Below, piece after piece: positions 38,561 to 50,534 of a DNA stretch of 64,000 nucleotides. Location: assembly GCA_002269645.1 (NCBI GenBank), contig NIVC01001300.1, forward strand, positions 1-64,000, in the 5' to 3' direction. The DNA is from Macrostomum lignano. Its lineage: Eukaryota. Numbering within the stretch: position 1 is the stretch's first letter; every line of letters starts with the position of its first letter. Made by a program: the position numbers and the translations under genes. Under the pieces are notes generated by a model that did no database searches, was not told where the DNA came from, and saw only the letters and a program-made list of their open reading frames with translations.

Positions 38561-38959
38561 CCTCCCTGTGCTGCCTATCGCTGACACGCCTGCTGGCAAC
38601 AGATTCGGCTTTTGCGACCCTGGCCTCCAACTGGTGCACAGCTACTACTCCTCAGCGAAGGCTGGAAGCAGGACTGCGGGCTGCGACTGCCACGGGATGG
38701 CTGTGCTGAATCTCATAGGCTGCTACACATATGATCCACAGACCGTGCAGCACTGCGAGCTGTGCAGAGCAATGCGTGTAGGAGGTGCGGGTGTCATTTG
38801 TTAGATATAAATAGTAACTTGATTCATAGCTTAAGTTTTGCTGCGCATGTGTGCATTGCTCTACTTACAGTAGCATTCTTTGATTAAACCTTTACACAGC
38901 AACGTCACTCGGCCAGTTTTATTATTTTTTACTCGGTTTTATTATCTCAGCATCCGATC

Positions 38960-39330
38960 TAGTCGGGTATGGATCATTTACGAGTTTCTGGTTCTCAAGA
39001 GCAAACAGGTTGCACTCATTACTTTGAAATCCAGGGGAAACCTTCTTCATTGATTTCTCTAAGGGGGAGGCTGCTTTTGGTAAGATCCCTTTGTTTGAAA
39101 AAGTCTTTCTGAAAAAGTGTGCAATGAAATTCCAGCATACAGTTCCCAGATCATCAGTGTCAGGAGCTTGGGTTGGAATAAAATCGAGTCTCTTATTTAG
39201 CAGCTTCGTCTCAGGTTCAGAGAGTTGGAAGGTAAGAGGTGTAGATTTAAAATGTTGCCTTCCAGTTTGAGAGGGCTACAGTGGTCAGCTACTTTTAAGT
39301 TCTCAGCGAGGAAGTCGAAAGAGTCAAAAG
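38960..39330 (-). mobile_element. Degenerate Penelope-like element fragment (region N-terminal to the RT)
   Basis: The minus strand reads ILNL..(shift)..TFQLSEPETKLLNKRLDFIPT, resembling the NLS..LS..E..LL.KGL.F.PT motif that precedes Penelope RTs. No RT core follows. Confidence 0.5.
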
Positions 39331-40399
39331 AAACCGGCAAGCTGACCCCGTTCATTCGTCATGCAATATTCTACGAATCTTAAAAAAATCAACCAAGGAA
39401 GCAAGGCAACTGCCCTAAAACACGGCATAAAACCCCCCCCCCCGGCCCCACCCCCACGAGAAGGAGGGGTGCGTGTTGGCGAGGGGAGATGCAAACACAC
39501 GAGGGGGTGGGCAGCGTACACAAACGCCGGTCAGCGCCGTAGCGCAAATCAATCAGAAGCACCCAATTGGTTTAAAAATGGTAGAAGCAACAAGAGCAAC
39601 AGGTGAGGGCTTCCTCCTCAGCCGTACATTGAGTCAAGTTTTACAGCTGGCAAAAAGGGCGGAACTGTCTGATCTCAGAATAAGAATCGCCTCAAAGAGC
39701 GACTCGAGCCAGTGGTCCGTGCTAAGCAGCTCGTCCGGAAGAACCGGCACTGTTGACAGAGCGCAATGCTGGTTCCGCAGGGCAACAGACCTCAGTAGAA
39801 TTGGTAGGGCTGGCAGTGAGTATTGGTGAACTTCCGTGATAGCCTGGAGTTTAAGGCCACTAAAAAGCTTTAGGCAAAGGACCAGGTTCAGGCAGTCACG
39901 GGTACGGGTTGCTCAAAGATGCTGGGTAAGCTATCCGGATGTGACTTGTGGCGGTCCGGACCACTAGGGGTCTGGGGAATGTAGGTGACGCTTAGCGAGT
40001 GAAGCCGATATTCCAACCAGTGAAAGAAGCGGGATCAATTAACGCAAAATTATTTGAAGGCCCGCTTGTTTACGTATATTCGGCGATGCTCTCGCTATGA
40101 ATCTCTCAGCATCTCAGAATCTCTCATAACCTCAGAATCTGTCCTCATCTCATAATCTGTCCTCATCTCAGAATCTCTTAGCATCTCAGAATCTCTTAGC
40201 ATCTCAGAATCTCTCAGCACCTTATAAGCTCAACCCGATTAGAATTTTACACACTTAATTTTAAATTTTGCATAATAAGAGCTAAAATAATTTCTCAGAT
40301 TTTTTCGGTTTCAAATTCAAACAACAAGAAGCAACTTTATCTTTAATAAGTTCTTATAGTATTATAAAGTGGAGCCAGCTGGCTTAATCATGATCACAT

Positions 40400-41460
40400 G
40401 CAAGGCGAAAGCAGCAAGGGATTTCTGAACAGCACAATGGCGTGATTCTTGAACTTTCCGCTGCAATTTAAGTGCTCCACTGTGAGCACAACAACCGACT
40501 AATAATCTTTATCTTATCACAAAGCTTTCAACGATCGCACAGCTGCTCAAAATAGTCAACAGTTGAACTGCTGCTCACGCAGCTCTCTTGCCCAGTGTTG
40601 CTTTCGACCCTTGACGTCAGTGTCAGCTGATTCTTGGGGCTGCATTTGGCTAGCTGCTCTCCTCAAGTCAGCTCTTTGCGACTCTCTTATTGGGAAGAGC
40701 TTGCTCTGAGCTGCGTTGCTGCTTCGGTGTCTCAACTTATCTTGTTTTCTCCTGGGTCTGATTTTATGTGCGACCTGCGGCAATTTTTGTTTTTGTTTCG
40801 GTCTGTCCTTGCTGCGAATCTGAAGCTCTTGTTTGATCATCGTCTTCGTGAGACATCTCGCTTACACTCCAGTGTCCAGTTCGACATCTGCCTGCCTCGG
40901 TCAGGTGACTCCGACAGGTACGAGCTAACATGCTTAGCCAGGCCTTTGAAACAAAAGACTCCACTCCAAGACAGCCTCTGCAAGTCATGGATCTGATTTT
41001 CCATTCTAATAAAATCATGAAAACCAAGCACTCATGGCTAATGCATGGAAAATGTGCAGACAAGTTATCAGCTGAAGAAGTTTAACTTATAAAAAAGTCA
41101 AATGCACATGATTCGGCTTGGGGGCAGTCATATTGCTAATGCTTGGCATTTATTCCAATTCTGCAACATGATGAAGTGAAGTATTTGTGCTGTAATGCAT
41201 CCCAATTCAACTGTCAGGACTTTGCTTTCAGCCAATGCGTGTGCCCAGCCGACAAATCTGAGGACACGAACCCTGCCTCAGCTAATGAATGAACTCCAAT
41301 GTGCTTCAATACTTCTGTGGAAACCAATGCAAAACTCTTGTGCAATGATTGCCGCTCTCTGCTTCATCAGATCCAAGCTTAGCACAGTTTCCCCATTCAC
41401 CATCAGATTCTAGCTCAACACAGCTTCCCCATTCTCCATCAGAATTCAAACCTGAGGACC
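40400..41460. repeat. Duplicated block Y, copy 1 (homologous to 45560-46620)
   Basis: Shared CTGAACAGCACAATGG, TTCTTGAACTTTCCGCTGCA, GACGTCAGTGTCAGCTGATTCTTGGGGCTGCAT, GCCTGCCTCGGTCAGGTGACTCCGACAGGTA and CAGCTTCCCCATTCTCCATCAG. Confidence 0.88.
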
Positions 41461-41594
41461 TTCAACTTCGCAGGACATGGATTGCTTGCTTCCATGAATT
41501 TATAGCAACTTCATGACTTGTTCTAATATTTTCTATTCTCGCAGGAACATTTAATTGATTACTGCCTGGGTTCATTCCCTAAAGGTTCATCTGG

Positions 41595-42345
41595 ATCTGT
41601 GCTGTAGCTGTGTGTGCTGTAGCTGTGTGCTGTAGCTGTGTGCTGTAGCTGTGTGCTGTAGCTGTGTGCTGTAGCTGTGTGTGCTGTAGCTGTGTGCTGT
41701 AGCTGTTTGTGCTGTAGCTGTGTGTGCTGTAGCTGTGTGTGCTGTAGCTGTGTGCTGTAGCTGTGTGCTGTAGCTGTGTGCTGTAGCTGTGTGTGCTGTA
41801 GCTGTGTGCTGTAGCTGTTTGTGCTGTAGCTGTGTGTGCTGTAGCTGTGTGTGCTGTAGCTGTGTGCTGTAGCTGTGTGCTGTAGCTGTGTGCTGTAGCT
41901 GTGTGCTGTAGCTGTGTGCTGTAGCTGTGTGCTGTAGCTGTGTGTGCTGTAGCTGTGTGCTGTAGCTGTGTGCTGTAGCTGTGTGCTGTAGCTGTGTGCT
42001 GTAGCTGTGTGTGCTGTAGCTGTGTGCTGTAGCTGTGTGCTGTAGCTGTGTGCTGTAGCTGTGTGCTGTAGCTGTGTGTGCTGTAGCTGTGTGCTGTAGC
42101 TGTGTGCTGTAGCTGTGTGCTGTAGCTGTGTGCTGTAGCTGTGTGCTGTAGCTGTGTGCTGTAGCTGTGTGCTGTAGCTGTGTGCTGTAGCTGTGTGCTG
42201 TAGCTGTGTGCTGTAGCTGTGTGCTGTAGCTGTGTGCTGTAGCTGTGTGCTGTAGCTGTGTGCTGTAGCTGTGTGCTGTAGCTGTGTGCTGTAGCTGTGT
42301 GCTGTAGCTGTGTGTGCTGTAGCTGTGTGCTGTAGCTGTGTGTGA
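41595..42345. repeat. 13-bp minisatellite (GTGTGCTGTAGCT)n with 15-bp variants
   Basis: Direct reading. Confidence 0.97.
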
Positions 42346-42719
42346 CAAAGGAACTGAGAAAAAAGAAACTGAGTATCAAGGTACTTCAACAGTCTAGGTG
42401 CTAACAATAGCATTACACAGAACCAGTTTAGGGAGAATATGAAAATTGAAATAGATTTAATACGGAAATGGCTGTCTGGTGACATAAAGTTAGAAGTTTT
42501 CGGTGAAACTGTCAATAATTTATCAAGCACCAATCAACCAGTCGCCTGTATTCACCGAGGTGTTATTCACCTAAAAAACAACTAAATGGCCTCACACTCG
42601 CAGCAGATCATAAGCCTCATAATGCCCTTCAAACCAGAATGTGTACCAAACTGCTGAGAATTGTTACTTAACTTACTTAACGGTGAGTTTTTCTCTAGCA
42701 TTAGCTTTGGATTCTTCTC

Positions 42720-45475
42720 TGAGCACTCTCATTCAGCCCTACTCTGTGCACTCTCATTCAGCCCTACTCTGAGCACTCTCATTCAGCCCTACTCGGAGCA
42801 CTCCCATTCAGCCCTACTCTGAGCACTCTCATTCAGCCCTACTCTGAGCACTCCAATTCAGCCCTACTCTGAGCACTCTCATTCAGCCCTACTCTGAGCA
42901 CTCCCATTCAGCCCTACTCTGAGCACTCCCATTCAGCCCTACTCTGAGCACTTCCATTCAGCCCTACTCTGAGCACTCTCATTCAGCCCTACTCTGAGCA
43001 CTCTCATTCAGCCCTACTCTGAGCACTCCCATTCAGCCCTACTCTGAGCACTCTCATTCAGCCCTACTCTGAGCACTCCAATTCAGCCCTACTCTGAGCA
43101 CTCTCATTCAGCCCTACTCTGAGCACTCCCATTCAGCCCTACTCTGAGCACTCCCATTCAGCCCTACTCTGAGCACTCCAATTCAGCCCTACTCTGAGCA
43201 CTCCCATTCAGCCCTACTCTGAGCACTCTCATTCAGCCCTACTCTGAGCACTCCCATTCAGCCCTACTCTGAGCACTCTCAATCAGCCCTACTCTGAGCA
43301 CTCTCATTCAGCCCTACTCTGAGCATTCCAATTCAGCCCTACTCTGAGCACTCTCATTCAGCCCTACTCTGAGCACTCCCATTCAGCCCTACTCTGAGCA
43401 CTCCCATTCAGCCCTACTCTGAGCACTCCCATTCAGCCCTACTCTGAGCACTCCAATTCAGCCCTACTCTGAGCACTCCAATTCAGCCCTACTCTGAGCA
43501 CTCCAATTCAGCCCTACTCTGAGCACTCCCATTCAGCCCTACTCTGAGCACTCCCATTCAGCCCTACTCTGAGCACTCCCATTCAGCCCTACTCTGAGCA
43601 CTCCCATTCAGCCCTACTCTGAGCACTCCAATTCAGCCCTACTCTGAGCACTCCAATTCAGCCCTACTCTGAGCACTCCAATTCAGCCCTACTCTGAGCA
43701 CTCCCATTCAGCCCTACTCTGAGCACTCCAATTCAGCCCTACTCTGAGCACTCTCATTCAGCCCTACTCTGAGCACTCCCATTCAGCCCTACTCTGAGCA
43801 CTCCAATTCAGCCCTACTCTGAGCACTCTCATTCAGCCCTACTCTGAGCACTCCAATTCAGCCCTACTCTGAGCACTCTCAATCAGCCCTACTCTGAGCA
43901 CTCTCAATCAGCCCTACTCTGAGCACTCTCAATCAGCCCTACTCTGAGCACTCCCATTCAGCCCTACTCTGAGCACTCTCATTCAGCCAGCCCTACTCTG
44001 AGCACTCTCATTCAGCCCTACTCTGAGCACTCTCAATCAGCCCTACTCTGAGCACTCTCATTCAGCCCTACTCTGAGCACTCCCATTCAGCCCTACTCTG
44101 AGCACTCTCATTCAGCCCTACTCTGAGCACTCTCAATCAGCCCTACTCTGAGCACTCTCAATCAGCCCTACTCTGAGCACTCTCAATCAGCCCTACTCTG
44201 AGCACTCCCATTCAGCCCTACTCTGAGCACTCTCATTCAGCCAGCCCTACTCTGAGCACTCTCATTCAGCCCTACTCTGAGCACTCTCAATCAGCCCTAC
44301 TCTGAGCACTCTCATTCAGCCCTACTCTGAGCACTTCCATTCAGCCGTACTCTGAGCACTCTCATTCAGCCCTACTCTGAGCACTCCCATTCAGCCCTAC
44401 TCTGAGCACTCCCATTCAGCCCTACTCTGAGCACTCCCATTCAGCCCTACTCTGAGCACTCTCATTCAGCCCTACTCTGAGCACTCTCAATCAGCCCTAC
44501 TCTGAGCACTCTCAATCAGCCCTACTCTGAGCACTCCCATTCAGCCCTACTCTGAGCACTCCCATTCAGCCCTACTCTGAGCACTCCCATTCAGCCCTAC
44601 TCTGAGCACTCCCATTCAGCCCTACTCTGAGCACTCCCATTCAGCCCTACTCTGAGCACTCTCATTCAGCCCTACTCTGAGCACTCTCAATCAGCCCTAC
44701 TCTGAGCACTCTCAATCAGCCCTACTCTGAGCACTCCCATTCAGCCCTACTCTGAGCACTCCCATTCAGCCCTACTCTGAGCACTCTCATTCAGCCCTAC
44801 TCTGAGCACTCTCATTCAGCCCTACTCTGAGCACTCTCAATCAGCCCTACTCTGAGCACTCTCAATCAGCCCTACTCTGAGCACTCCCATTCAGCCCTAC
44901 TCTGAGCACTCTCATTCAGCCCTACTCTGAGCACTCTCATTCAGCCCTACTCTGAGCACTCTCAATCAGCCCTACTCTGAGCACTCTCAATCAGCCCTAC
45001 TCTGAGCACTCCCATTCAGCCCTACTCTGAGCACTCTCATTCAGCCCTACTCTGAGCACTCCCATTCAGCCCTACTCTGAGCACTCTCATTCAGCCCTAC
45101 TCTGAGCACTCCCATTCAGCCCTACTCTGAGCACTCTCAATCAGCCCTACTCTGAGCACTCCCATTCAGCCCTACTCTGAGCACTCTCAATCAGCCCTAC
45201 TCTGAGCACTCTCAATCAGTCCTACTCTGAGCACTCTCATTCAGCCCTACTCTGAGCACTCTCATTCAGCCCTACTCTGAGCACTCCCATTCAGCCCTAC
45301 TCTGAGCACTCTCAATCAGCCCTACTCTGAGCACTCCCATTCAGCCCTACTCTGAGCACTCTCATTCAGCCCTACTCTGAGCACTCCCATTCAGCCCTAC
45401 TCTGAGCACTCTCAATCAGCCCTACTCTGAGCACTCTCAATCAGCCCTACTCTGAGCACTCTCAATCAGCCCATC
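42720..45475. repeat. ~2.75-kb 25-bp satellite (CAGCCCTACTCTGAGCACTCTCATT)n, ~110 copies
   Basis: Direct reading; variation is confined mostly to the CTCTCATT/CTCCCATT/CTCCAATT/CTCTCAAT positions. Confidence 0.98.
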
Positions 45476-45559
45476 TCTGAGCCAACTCGAATGCAGCTCA
45501 CTTTAAAGCCGTGCTTCTTCAGCTACCAAATAATTTTACGAATGAAAAAATGCTGAACC

Positions 45560-46620
45560 ATAACCACATGCAAACACACACGTAGCGAAGGATTAGCTGA
45601 ACAGCACAATGGCTCGATTCTTGAACTTTCCGCTGCAGTCAAAGTGTTTCACTGTGAGCTCCACAACAGACTGACAATGTTTATCTTATCACAAAGCTTT
45701 CAAAATTCGCGCAGCTACTCAAGATAGTTCACAGTTGAACTGCTGCTCATGCAGCTCTCTTGCCCAGTGTTGCTTACGACTATTGACGTCAGTGTCAGCT
45801 GATTCTTGGGGCTGCATGACTGCTCTTCTCAGGTGAGCTCCCTTATCGGTCGACTCTCTTATCGGGAAGACCTTGCTTGATCTGAGCTCAGGTGCAGCTT
45901 CGGTGGCTCCACTTATCTTGTTTTTCTACAGTGTCTGCCTTGAGGTGCCACCTGTGGCACTTTTGCCCTTTTCGGTTTGTCCTTGCTGCGAATCTGAGCT
46001 TTTGTTTGGTAATCGTCTTCGGGAGACACCTCAAATGGCACCCCAGTGTCCAGTCTGACCTCCGCCTGCCTCGGTCAGGTGACTCCGACAGGTAGCATGC
46101 TCAGCCAGGCCTTTGACGCTAAGCCTTGATCCTACGCACCACCTGCTCATGGATTTGTTGCTCACCAGACTCTTTCCATAGCATTTCGAAAACCTTTTGC
46201 TTCTGCAAGCGAAATTCACTGGGAGTTTTTGACAAATCCAGCATTGCTTATTCTTGACATTTTTTGAAACTCTGCAACATGTTGAAGTGAAATATTTTCT
46301 GCTGCAAGACAGGACTTTGCTTCTAGCCTATGCAAGCGCCCAGTCAGCAAAGCTGAGGAAAACTCAGCTTCCCCATTCTCCATCAGATCCCAGCACAGCT
46401 TCTCCGTTCTCCATCAGATCCCAGCACAGCTTCCCCATTCTCCATCAGATCCCAGCACAGCTTCCCTATTCTCCATCAGATCCCAGCTCAGCTTCCCCAT
46501 TCTCCAGCAGATCCCAGCTTAGCTTTCCCATTCTCCATCAGATCCCAGCTCAGCTTCCCCATTCTCCATCAGATCCCAGCTCAGCTTCCCCATTCTCCAT
46601 CAGATTCCGAATTTCTGTCT
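45560..46620. repeat. Duplicated block Y, copy 2, ending in an expanded 31-bp minisatellite (46365-46600)
   Basis: Homology to 40400-41460. The unit CAGCTTCCCCATTCTCCATCAGATCCCAGCT is present ~2x in copy 1 and ~8x here. Confidence 0.88.
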
Positions 46621-46689
46621 TTTATCATCTCTGATCTCTGAAATGTTGCGATGCGGTTTTGAGTTGAGGAGCAGCAAATTTTCTTGGCA

Positions 46690-47102
46690 TCGCTAAAATC
46701 AGTGCCTCACTGAAGCGGCGACAAACTGAGTGCCTGCGGCGCTAAAATGAGTGCCTGCGGCGCTAAAATGAGTGCCTGCGGCGCTAAAATGAGTGCCTGC
46801 AGCGCCAAAATGAGTGCCTGCAGCGCTAAAATGAGTGCCTGCAGCGCTAAAATGAATGCCTGCGGCGCTAAAATGAGTGCCTGCGGCGCTAAAATGAGTG
46901 CCTGCGGCGCTAAAATGAGTGCCTGCAGCGCCAAAATGAGTGCCTGCGGCGCCAAAATGAGTGCCTGCGGCGCTAAATTGAGTGCTGACAACACCGATCC
47001 TGAAAATAATCGGTACATGATAATGTGCATTTTCCATGTAAAAAATCACACTCGATGGGGGGGGGGGCGTGCCCTGTGCCCCCCCCCCTAAATCCGCCAC
47101 TG
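46690..47102. mobile_element. Truncated MITE-like element with the 21-bp minisatellite and one CAGTGGCGGATTT-type terminus
   Basis: The array GAGTGCCTGCGGCGCTAAAAT is the reverse complement of the array in the 3217-3797 MITE. It ends in a G-run/C-run hairpin and AAATCCGCCACTG. No matching left TIR or TSD was found. Confidence 0.55.
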
Positions 47103-47434
47103 AACCTGCCCCCCCCCCAGTGTTTGAAATGTTCCTGCGCCCATGAGCAAAAACGGGTTGGAAGTGTGAATGAACCTGTATATGATGGCTAGGCAATAGA
47201 AATGTTGGATAAAGTCAATGAAAATGAAAGTCAGTGACAAGCAAACGGTGAGAAGTTCCGACTACCATGTACTCTCTCTACCTTTCTCCCCTACCTGTCC
47301 TACCTTTGGGATCCCATATCTGGACTCGCCGCATCATAAAGATATTTTGATTTTAATTTTTGTCAATAAATTAAAATTAATTTTGTAATAAATACTTGTA
47401 AGGCAATCTAATTACACGTTTTTATTTTTAGGCA

Positions 47435-47545
47435 CCAGCATTGGTGAATACAGCATTGGTGAGCACAGCATTGGTGAACACAGCCATTGGTGAACACAGC
47501 ATTGGTGACGACAGCATTGGGTAAACACAGCATTGATAAACATAG
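47435..47545. repeat. 15-bp CACAGCATTGGTGAA array, ~6 copies
   Basis: Same position relative to the promoter as the long array in copy A. Confidence 0.9.
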
Positions 47546-47623
47546 AATTTGCGCTAGTGCTGATAAGGCTGCTGTATGCGATACATTTATTGCTTGGCCT
47601 CTGCGTGTGTCTGTGCAGCCCAG

Positions 47624-47676
47624 CCAATGGGAGAAGACCTTGCCGAGGACAGAGATAAGCGAAGTTCATTATAAAA
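47624..47676 (+). promoter_or_regulatory. CCAAT (47624-47628) and TATAAAA (47670-47676) of orphan ORF B
   Basis: Conserved sequence and spacing with copy A. Confidence 0.7.
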
Positions 47677-47719
47677 CTAGCTTTGGGCGAGTGCAGAAGT
47701 AATTAGAGGATCGGCAAAC

Positions 47720-48046
47720 ATGTCTAACACTACTGTCGAAAACCAAAGTCGTAACGGAAGCTTTTTTGTTACGCCTTCTGGGCTCGACGGCGACATGTGG
47801 AGCATCTTAAGTAACGTTGCAACTTATTTGTTTAATTTTTTGAGAGAAAATCCAAATCTTATAATTACAGGAATTGATATTATTCGTGAAATTGCTGATA
47901 GGTTGAGAGGGAAAAATTTTACGACGATTTTTACTGCTATCTTTCAGGTAGCAAGAAATCGTTTATTGAACTATTACAGAGAAGATCCTAGTAGGATATT
48001 TCAAACCATTGATTATATTATTGAATATTTTAACTCTGATAATTAG
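47720..48046 (+). CDS. Intronless 108-aa orphan protein, copy B
   Basis: Roughly two-thirds identical to copy A; AATAAA at 48060-48065. Confidence 0.8.
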   Translation: MSNTTVENQSRNGSFFVTPSGLDGDMWSILSNVATYLFNFLRENPNLIITGIDIIREIADRLRGKNFTTIFTAIFQVARNRLLNYYREDPSRIFQTIDYIIEYFNSDN

Positions 48047-48279
48047 TAAATAAGTTGCTAATAAACTTAAGGTACTTCAGTAGTTCCTCTCGTTTTTTTT
48101 CTTTAAAAAAAAACGCGGATCCACAGACAGCAGCCTTCCCGTGGCGATCCGTGTGAGTAGCTTTCACAGTGACTGGCCATGGCAACCGCCAAAGCGTCAC
48201 TGCAAAGCGAAACCAATGGCTGTCTAACAGAACAATTGATGATAATTCCGGGTGGCTTAATTAATGTGCAAAAAACTGT

Positions 48280-49085
48280 TGTCACGTTATTTTATGTTGG
48301 CCGTGACCCTTAAAAGGGCCGTTTTAGTCCCAAAATAAGTTGAAGTCAACTTAGGCGAAGTGGATGGTGTAGCGGAGCACTTGGCGATAAAGGCAGGAAC
48401 TGCCGTAGTTGTCTTTATTGTTAATATCAGTATCAAGTTTGGTTGTTACTGGCAATAAACAGACTATAGCTTTCTGGGCACTGGCGGCTGCAACAATGGG
48501 TTGAATATAATTTGGATATGAAGTCAAGTGGCAGGCGAATGACACAATGGCGACGTGACGTGAGCAGTGGCTATGAGCACAGTGAAGGCAGTGAAACGTA
48601 GTGGCGAGTTTGGCGTCGGTCGTGGCGTGAGACAGTCAAGTAAGTGTGTGAGCAGGCTGGCCCAGGCAGAGGGGCCGTGGTGAGAAACAAGGAGGCTCGA
48701 GGCAGCCAGACAAACAGATAAGACAGCTAAGAGGCAGCAGGGAAGAAAACCAAGAGAGCGAGAGGAGAGTGGAGTGCCCGCCGCCAGGCGGGGGGGTTTA
48801 ATAAAAGAGCGCAGAGGGGGGTAGCGCGAGCACGAGTGATTTCATTGGCTGGCGAGAGAACTTAAAATTATCGATCGTGCCAATTTGATACGGTCGCGAG
48901 AGAGGATAGCAAAATATACAGTGAATTAGAAATTGCCACAAAATCGTTGGGCACTACTACAAGTAAACGTCGCAATAAACAAATGGAAAAGTTTAGTTGA
49001 AACGGTGAAACTGAAGGGTTGAAACTATAGAGAAACAGCAGTCCAACGGCCCTTTTCGGGACCACCTTAAACTGACAACGTCACA
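48280..49085. mobile_element. Solo LTR, Ty3/Gypsy-like (806 bp)
   Basis: Begins TGTCACGTT and ends AACGTCACA (TG...CA inverted ends), flanked by a 4-bp TSD CTGT (48276-48279, 49086-49089). Absent at the homologous site in copy A (~36890). Confidence 0.85.
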
Positions 49086-49432
49086 CTGTCTTTCAGCATA
49101 TGGTTATACAGTGTAGAAAATGAAATAAGCTTCATTGTGCTTAGATCGAAGCGATAAAACAAGGCTCTCCTCTTTTCTCGACCGGCGGGTAAAAAGCATG
49201 AGTATATGGAAAATATGCCTCGGCAGCTAATTAGTAGCTAAAAACAGGAAATTTTGCAATCCAGCCAAACCAGCCCTACACTAAAGGGCAGATAATAAAG
49301 CTGAGGTTCGAAGGCCAAGCCAGCAGCCTGCGAACGCGTGACACGTGTCACGTGACACAGACTCTCAGCAATGCTTTGGGGGGGAGGGTGAGGGTGATAT
49401 GGTTGCCTAACAACGGGACAGATAAAACTATT

Positions 49433-50060
49433 CGGGCAATTCACTCGCGGGCAATTCACTCGCGGGCAATTCACTCGCGGGCAATTCACTCGCGGGCAAT
49501 TCACTCGCGGGCAATTCACTCGCGGGCAATTCACTCGCGGGCAATTCACTCGCGGGCAATTCACTCGCGGGCAATTCACTCGCGGGCAATTCACTCGCGG
49601 GCAATTCACTCGCGGGCAATTCACTCGCGGGCAATTCACTCGCGGGCAATTCACTCGCGGGCAATTCACTCGCGGGCAATTCACTCGCGGGCAATTCACT
49701 CGCGGGCAATTCACTCGCGGGCAATTCACTCGCGGGCAATTCACTCGCGGGCAATTCACTCGCGGGCAATTCACTCGCGGGCAATTCACTCGCGGGCAAT
49801 TCACTCGCGGGCAATTCACTCGCGGGCAATTCACTCGCGGGCAATTCACTCGCGGGCAATTCACTCGCGGGCAATTCACTCGCGGGCAATTCACTCGCGG
49901 GCAATTCACTCGCGGGCAATTCACTCGCGGGCAATTCACTCGCGGGCAATTCACTCGCGGGCAATTCACTCGCGGGCAATTCACTCGCGGGCAATTCACT
50001 CGCGGGCAATTCACTCGCGGGCAATTCACTCGCGGGCAATTCACTCGCGGGCAATTCACA
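49433..50060. repeat. Perfect 15-bp tandem array (GGGCAATTCACTCGC)n, ~41 copies
   Basis: No variant unit seen. Confidence 0.98.
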
Positions 50061-50534
50061 TGGACCCGATTCGGAGATGTGAGCCTCACACTCAATAATA
50101 GGGCCCTCAGAGGCCAGTGTGTTAGAAATTCTTTCTGGCTTGTGAGCATAATATAGCAGGAATAAAAACTGTTATAATCAGAGACTACCGATAATAAGCG
50201 ACCTGTTACACAGCTACCATTTTGTTGGATCATCAAAATGTTTTTACCCGCGAAGTTACGACTCGTGGCTATTGAGAATTTACAGAACTTTTTATTTGGA
50301 AAGTATTTATGTAGCTAAGCACATATAAGACTGCTTAAAAATGGGCATTAATTTTTTTGTGTTTTGAAAGCTTATTACATAGTTTATACCGTACATATTA
50401 CTGGAAGTAGCAATGCCATTTTTTCGCTTCCTTTCTCGACACATTGCGAGTTATATTGGCAGATCGAATCTGCTAACGCTAATCTGCTATTGAAGACGAA
50501 TCGAACTCCGAATATCCTCAAATGAATATCCTCC

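Noticed and set aside
41559-42533. HSYSTQLQHTATA repeat ORFs
   Set aside because: 13-bp minisatellite artefact.
49238-50236. VNCPR / RAIHS / PASEL repeat proteins
   Set aside because: Perfect 15-bp DNA repeat with no synonymous variation, open on both strands; not evidence of coding.
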